A stretch of 64,000 bases of DNA from Macrostomum lignano (taxonomy: Eukaryota). Below, piece by piece: positions 60,580 to 64,000 of the stretch (its first letter is position 1; every line of letters begins with the position of its first letter). The DNA lies in assembly GCA_002269645.1 (NCBI GenBank), contig NIVC01000978.1, positions 310,001-374,000 of the forward strand, in the 5' to 3' direction. The notes under the pieces were generated by a model. That model had not been told where the DNA came from and searched no databases. It saw nothing but the letters and a program-made list of their open reading frames with translations. The position numbers were made by a program, and so were the translations under genes.

Positions 60580-60724
60580 CCTACCCCATAGAATCTCCCC
60601 TGATACCCAACAGCCTGCCCCATAGAATCTCCCCTGATACCCAACAGCCTGCCCCATAGAATCTCCCCTGATACCCAACAGCCTGCCCCATAGAATCTCC
60701 CCTGATACCCAACAGCCTGCCCCA
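60580..60724. repeat. 34-bp tandem repeat, ~4 copies
   Basis: GCCTGCCCCATAGAATCTCCCCTGATACCCAACA at 60613, 60647 and onward. Confidence 0.93.
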
Positions 60725-60850
60725 AATCGATAAATCGATAGCAACATCAGTTGAAGCTTTGCCAACCCTCATTGCAGCGCAGTTGCAGACCGCTCGCCAC
60801 GCTACATATGTACTGGGACATAAAAGGCCACTTACCTATCTAAATACGCA

Positions 60851-62311
60851 ATGCACGTGTCTACAGAGAAAGGCTCTCGCAGACGAATTTTTAACACTGA
60901 TGAAGATTCACCAGATGCTGCACTGCAATCCTTGCCGGCCAGCGCAGTTACAATGTGTGTAAAAGAAAACTGCTACTATTATCCGCTTGGTTGCACTCTT
61001 AATTGCGTCGAGAATAATCGCTACGAGTTCAAGGGACATTGCTCGCTTACCTGGGCGAAAATCACCGGCGATGCTTCTGTTGTAAAAACGCCTCACAATG
61101 ACGACTTGCCAAACACAGTTTTAAATCCCAAGTACACAGGTAAAAAGCCAATCAGTCGCAGTCTGTGCGCAATGGCAAATTCGCCAGATGGCGGGGTTGT
61201 TCTCTGCGGCGTCACCGACAGCGGTCGGGTTGGCGGGTTGCCTTTCTCCGAACCCGAGAAGGAGCACGTGATGCTGGCGCTTAATAAATTGTTTAGCGAA
61301 TTCCGACCGCCAGTTGGTCCGGAACGGTATCGGGTGCACTTTGTGCCCGTTCTGGCCCCGGGCGAGGTCGACGAGTACATTAGTTGTCACGCTCCTCCAG
61401 ACTTAGAATCTTCAGCGAGTCCTGTTGTTGAAGCTTCTAAATCTGACCAAGTTGACCAGTCTAGCTTGTTTGGCTCTTTGTCAAACAATAATGGCCCTAA
61501 CGATGGTTTAAGCAGCTCATCGCCAGTTAAAACTTGGATGGATTCCCCATTTTCAAGCGAGCATCAGACCGCTTCAGACAGTTTACTGTCAAAGCCTTTG
61601 CTAACTCTTGCAAAGAATGCCTCATCGGATTCAATGCTTAATTACAAATCTGACAGTCAAAGCGATTTAATGAATCAGCCTCTGATGTCTGATCTTGATT
61701 CTGAGTTAAAGACTCCGTTGCCAACCAAAGAGAACAAAGACTCCGAGTTGCCACCAACCAAAGAAGCAAACAAAAATTCCGAGGAGTCGTCTTTGTCGGA
61801 AACTCAGTCGGGTAGTAACGAGTCCAGGCCGCACCGGTTGCACGACTTTATGCACTGCTGGTGCTTCTTGCTTCGTGTGGACAGATATACCGACGGCGTG
61901 TCCACTAGAAGATACGTATTGCGAATTGAGATGCTGCCCCAGGTATTTACTACTATTTCTGTTGACCGTTATTTGGCTTTAAGCGACGATTATTCAACCG
62001 TAGACGACGAGGATAATGACGGCACTGATAAAGCTGATTGCAGCGATGCTGAGGATTCCATTGACTGTGAAGAAGAAGATGAGTTCTTATCTATGGAGCC
62101 GTTGTCAATTAAAATGCCGGTGTTTGTGTGCAACGAAGAGGGTCTTTGCCAGGTGCGCTGTCTTGGCGCCAACAGGTGCTTGTCTGCGCTGCAGGTGCAG
62201 CAGCTGGCCGAGGAGCGGGCTCTGTCCGCCCTGCAGGATGAGCTTGTTGAACTGCGTCGCGATGTCAGACAGTTGCGGCAGTTGCGCGATCAAGTATTCG
62301 GAGATACCTGA
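60851..62311 (+). CDS. Intronless Schlafen/AlbA_2-domain (SLFNL1-like) protein with a C-terminal coiled coil
   Basis: ENNRYEFK; LCAMANSPDGGVVLCGVTDSG; FRPPVGPERYRVHFVPV (cf. SLFNL1 FKPQIFPDAYTLTFIPV); terminal LQDELVELRRDVRQL; AATAAA near 62408. The start could be 60851 or 60953. Confidence 0.8.
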   Translation: MHVSTEKGSRRRIFNTDEDSPDAALQSLPASAVTMCVKENCYYYPLGCTLNCVENNRYEFKGHCSLTWAKITGDASVVKTPHNDDLPNTVLNPKYTGKKPISRSLCAMANSPDGGVVLCGVTDSGRVGGLPFSEPEKEHVMLALNKLFSEFRPPVGPERYRVHFVPVLAPGEVDEYISCHAPPDLESSASPVVEASKSDQVDQSSLFGSLSNNNGPNDGLSSSSPVKTWMDSPFSSEHQTASDSLLSKPLLTLAKNASSDSMLNYKSDSQSDLMNQPLMSDLDSELKTPLPTKENKDSELPPTKEANKNSEESSLSETQSGSNESRPHRLHDFMHCWCFLLRVDRYTDGVSTRRYVLRIEMLPQVFTTISVDRYLALSDDYSTVDDEDNDGTDKADCSDAEDSIDCEEEDEFLSMEPLSIKMPVFVCNEEGLCQVRCLGANRCLSALQVQQLAEERALSALQDELVELRRDVRQLRQLRDQVFGDT

Positions 62312-62537
62312 AAGCAAAGCTAATCCAGATTTCATTCTGCATGTATATTGCCAATCCTGCGTCGTGTTAATGACTTTCTCATTATTGGCTGGCATGAAAA
62401 TATTATATAATAAAATCTAGCACTTTGTGGAAATAGGAGTACTATACTCGTACTCGTATATTTCGTTGAGGTCAGTTAGACACTTCTCTAGAGGCAGCTG
62501 TTGGGCATCATTGTAAGGTGGATTGGGGCAGTTCGAC

Positions 62538-63695
62538 ATCACATGACTCTTGGAAGCAGTCAGACATGACTCTTGGAGGCAGTCAGACATGACTCTATGG
62601 AGGCAGTTAGACATGACTCTATGGAGGCAGTTAGACATGACTCTATGGAGGCAGTCAGACATGACTCTATGGAGGCAGTCAGACATCACTCTTGGAGGCA
62701 GTCAGACATGACTCTATGGAGGCAGTCAGACATGACTCTATGGAGGCAGTTAGACATGACTCTATGGAGGCAGTCAGACATGACTCTATGGAGGCAGTCA
62801 GACATCACTCTTGGAGGCAGTCAGACATCACTCTTGGAGGCAGTCAGACATGACTCTATGGAGGCAGTCAGACATCACTCTTGGAGGCAGTCAGACATGA
62901 CTCTATGGAGGCAGTCAGACATGACTCTATGGAGGCAGTTAGACATGACTCTATGGAGGCAGTTAGACATGACTCTATGGAGGCAGTCAGACATGACTCT
63001 ATGGAGGCAGTCAGACATGACTCTATGGAGGCAGTCAGACGTGACTCTTGGAGGCAGTTACACATGACTCTATGGAGGCAGTTACACATGACTCTTGGAG
63101 GCAGTTAGACATGACTCTTGGAGGTAGTTAGACATGACTCTAGGAGGGAGTTAGACATGACTCTAGGAGAGAGTTAGACATGACTCTAGGAGGGAGTTAG
63201 ACATGACTCTAGGAGGGAGTGAGACATGACTCTAGGAGGGAGTTAGACATGACTCTAGGAGGGAGTTAGACATGACTCTAGGAGGGAGTTAGACATGACT
63301 CTAGGAGGGAGTGAGACATGACTCTAGGAGGGAGTTAGACATGACTCTAGGAGGGAGTTAGACATGACTCTAGGAGGGAGTTAGACATGACTCTAGGAGG
63401 GAGTTAGACATGACTCTAGGAGGGAGTGAGACATGACTCTAGGAGGGAGTTAGACATGACTCTAGGAGGGAGTTAGACATGACTCTAGGAGGGAGTTAGA
63501 CATGACTCTAGGAGGGAGTGAGACATGACTCTAGGAGGGAGTTAGACATGACTCTAGGAGGGAGTGAGACATGACTCTAGGAGGGAGTTAGACATGACTC
63601 TAGGAGGGAGTTAGACATGACTCTAGGAGGGAGTTAGACATGACTCTAGGAGGGAGTTAGACATGACTCTAGGAGGGAGTTAGACATGGCTCTTG
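62538..63695. repeat. 23/24-bp minisatellite with a polarised change of unit
   Basis: GACATGACTCTATGGAGGCAGTCA (24 bp) changes to GACATGACTCTAGGAGGGAGTTA (23 bp) near 63130. Confidence 0.96.
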
Positions 63696-64000
63696 GAGGA
63701 CCTTAATATTCTCACTGTCTTCACTTTGTTTTGTTTTATTTTTGCACATCTTTTGTTTTAGTCTGTATGTTTTACGTCTTGCATGCTTACCTTTTTTACA
63801 ATAGCTTCATTGCTTCATATTGTTACGCTTTTATACGCTTGTTCAGTACTCACAAAAGTACATGTGCAGCCATTTTTGCATTGCATGTACATTTAGATGT
63901 ACTTTTATCGCCGTGTTTTACTTCTTAAACTTCCTAGAAATTCATACGACCGAATGAATGATGCCCCGCCCCCCTAAATCTTTGTTGTGCATTTTCAAAT

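Noticed and set aside
185-63108. Long periodic ORFs in the track (VCLS, STVIYSL, REGE/SLSP, SACGAKM, IEIQKLP, LARLAIHS and others)
   Set aside because: They are stop-free translations of intronic or intergenic tandem repeats; real exons splice around them with consistent phases.

Overview
Eukaryotic, intron-containing animal DNA. GC-rich coding exons, introns filled with private mini/microsatellites and the gene set suggest a free-living flatworm such as Macrostomum; this is inference, not a database result. I reconstructed 11 protein-coding genes by hand with frame-consistent GT-AG junctions: a telobox-Myb TRF-like gene (5'-partial), CHMP2B, CIAO1, YIPF5, an orphan single-pass membrane protein, DHDDS, a DSTYK-like P-loop/pseudokinase gene, a chymotrypsin-fold protease, a divergent Wnt, MFSD5 and an intronless Schlafen/AlbA_2 (SLFNL1-like) gene. 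Mobile DNA: an internally deleted Ty3/Gypsy element with LTRs, PBS, PPT and TSD, a TRIM-like LTR pair, a deleted mariner, a 5'-truncated RTE LINE, tRNA-derived SINEs, a Crypton/DUF3504-like remnant and foldback/MITE elements. Most long ORFs in the supplied track are artefacts of tandem repeats. Top leads: (1) CIAO1 has no genomic ATG but an in-frame splice acceptor, consistent with an initiator AUG donated by the flatworm spliced leader within an operon-like run; (2) a Schlafen-like protein with intact RNase motifs; (3) a DSTYK-like protein with a canonical P-loop and a dead kinase; (4) sharply bounded CpG-to-TpA decay domains; (5) complementary microsatellites flanking CIAO1 exon 2. All family assignments rest on remembered motifs and need HMM/BLAST and RNA-seq confirmation.
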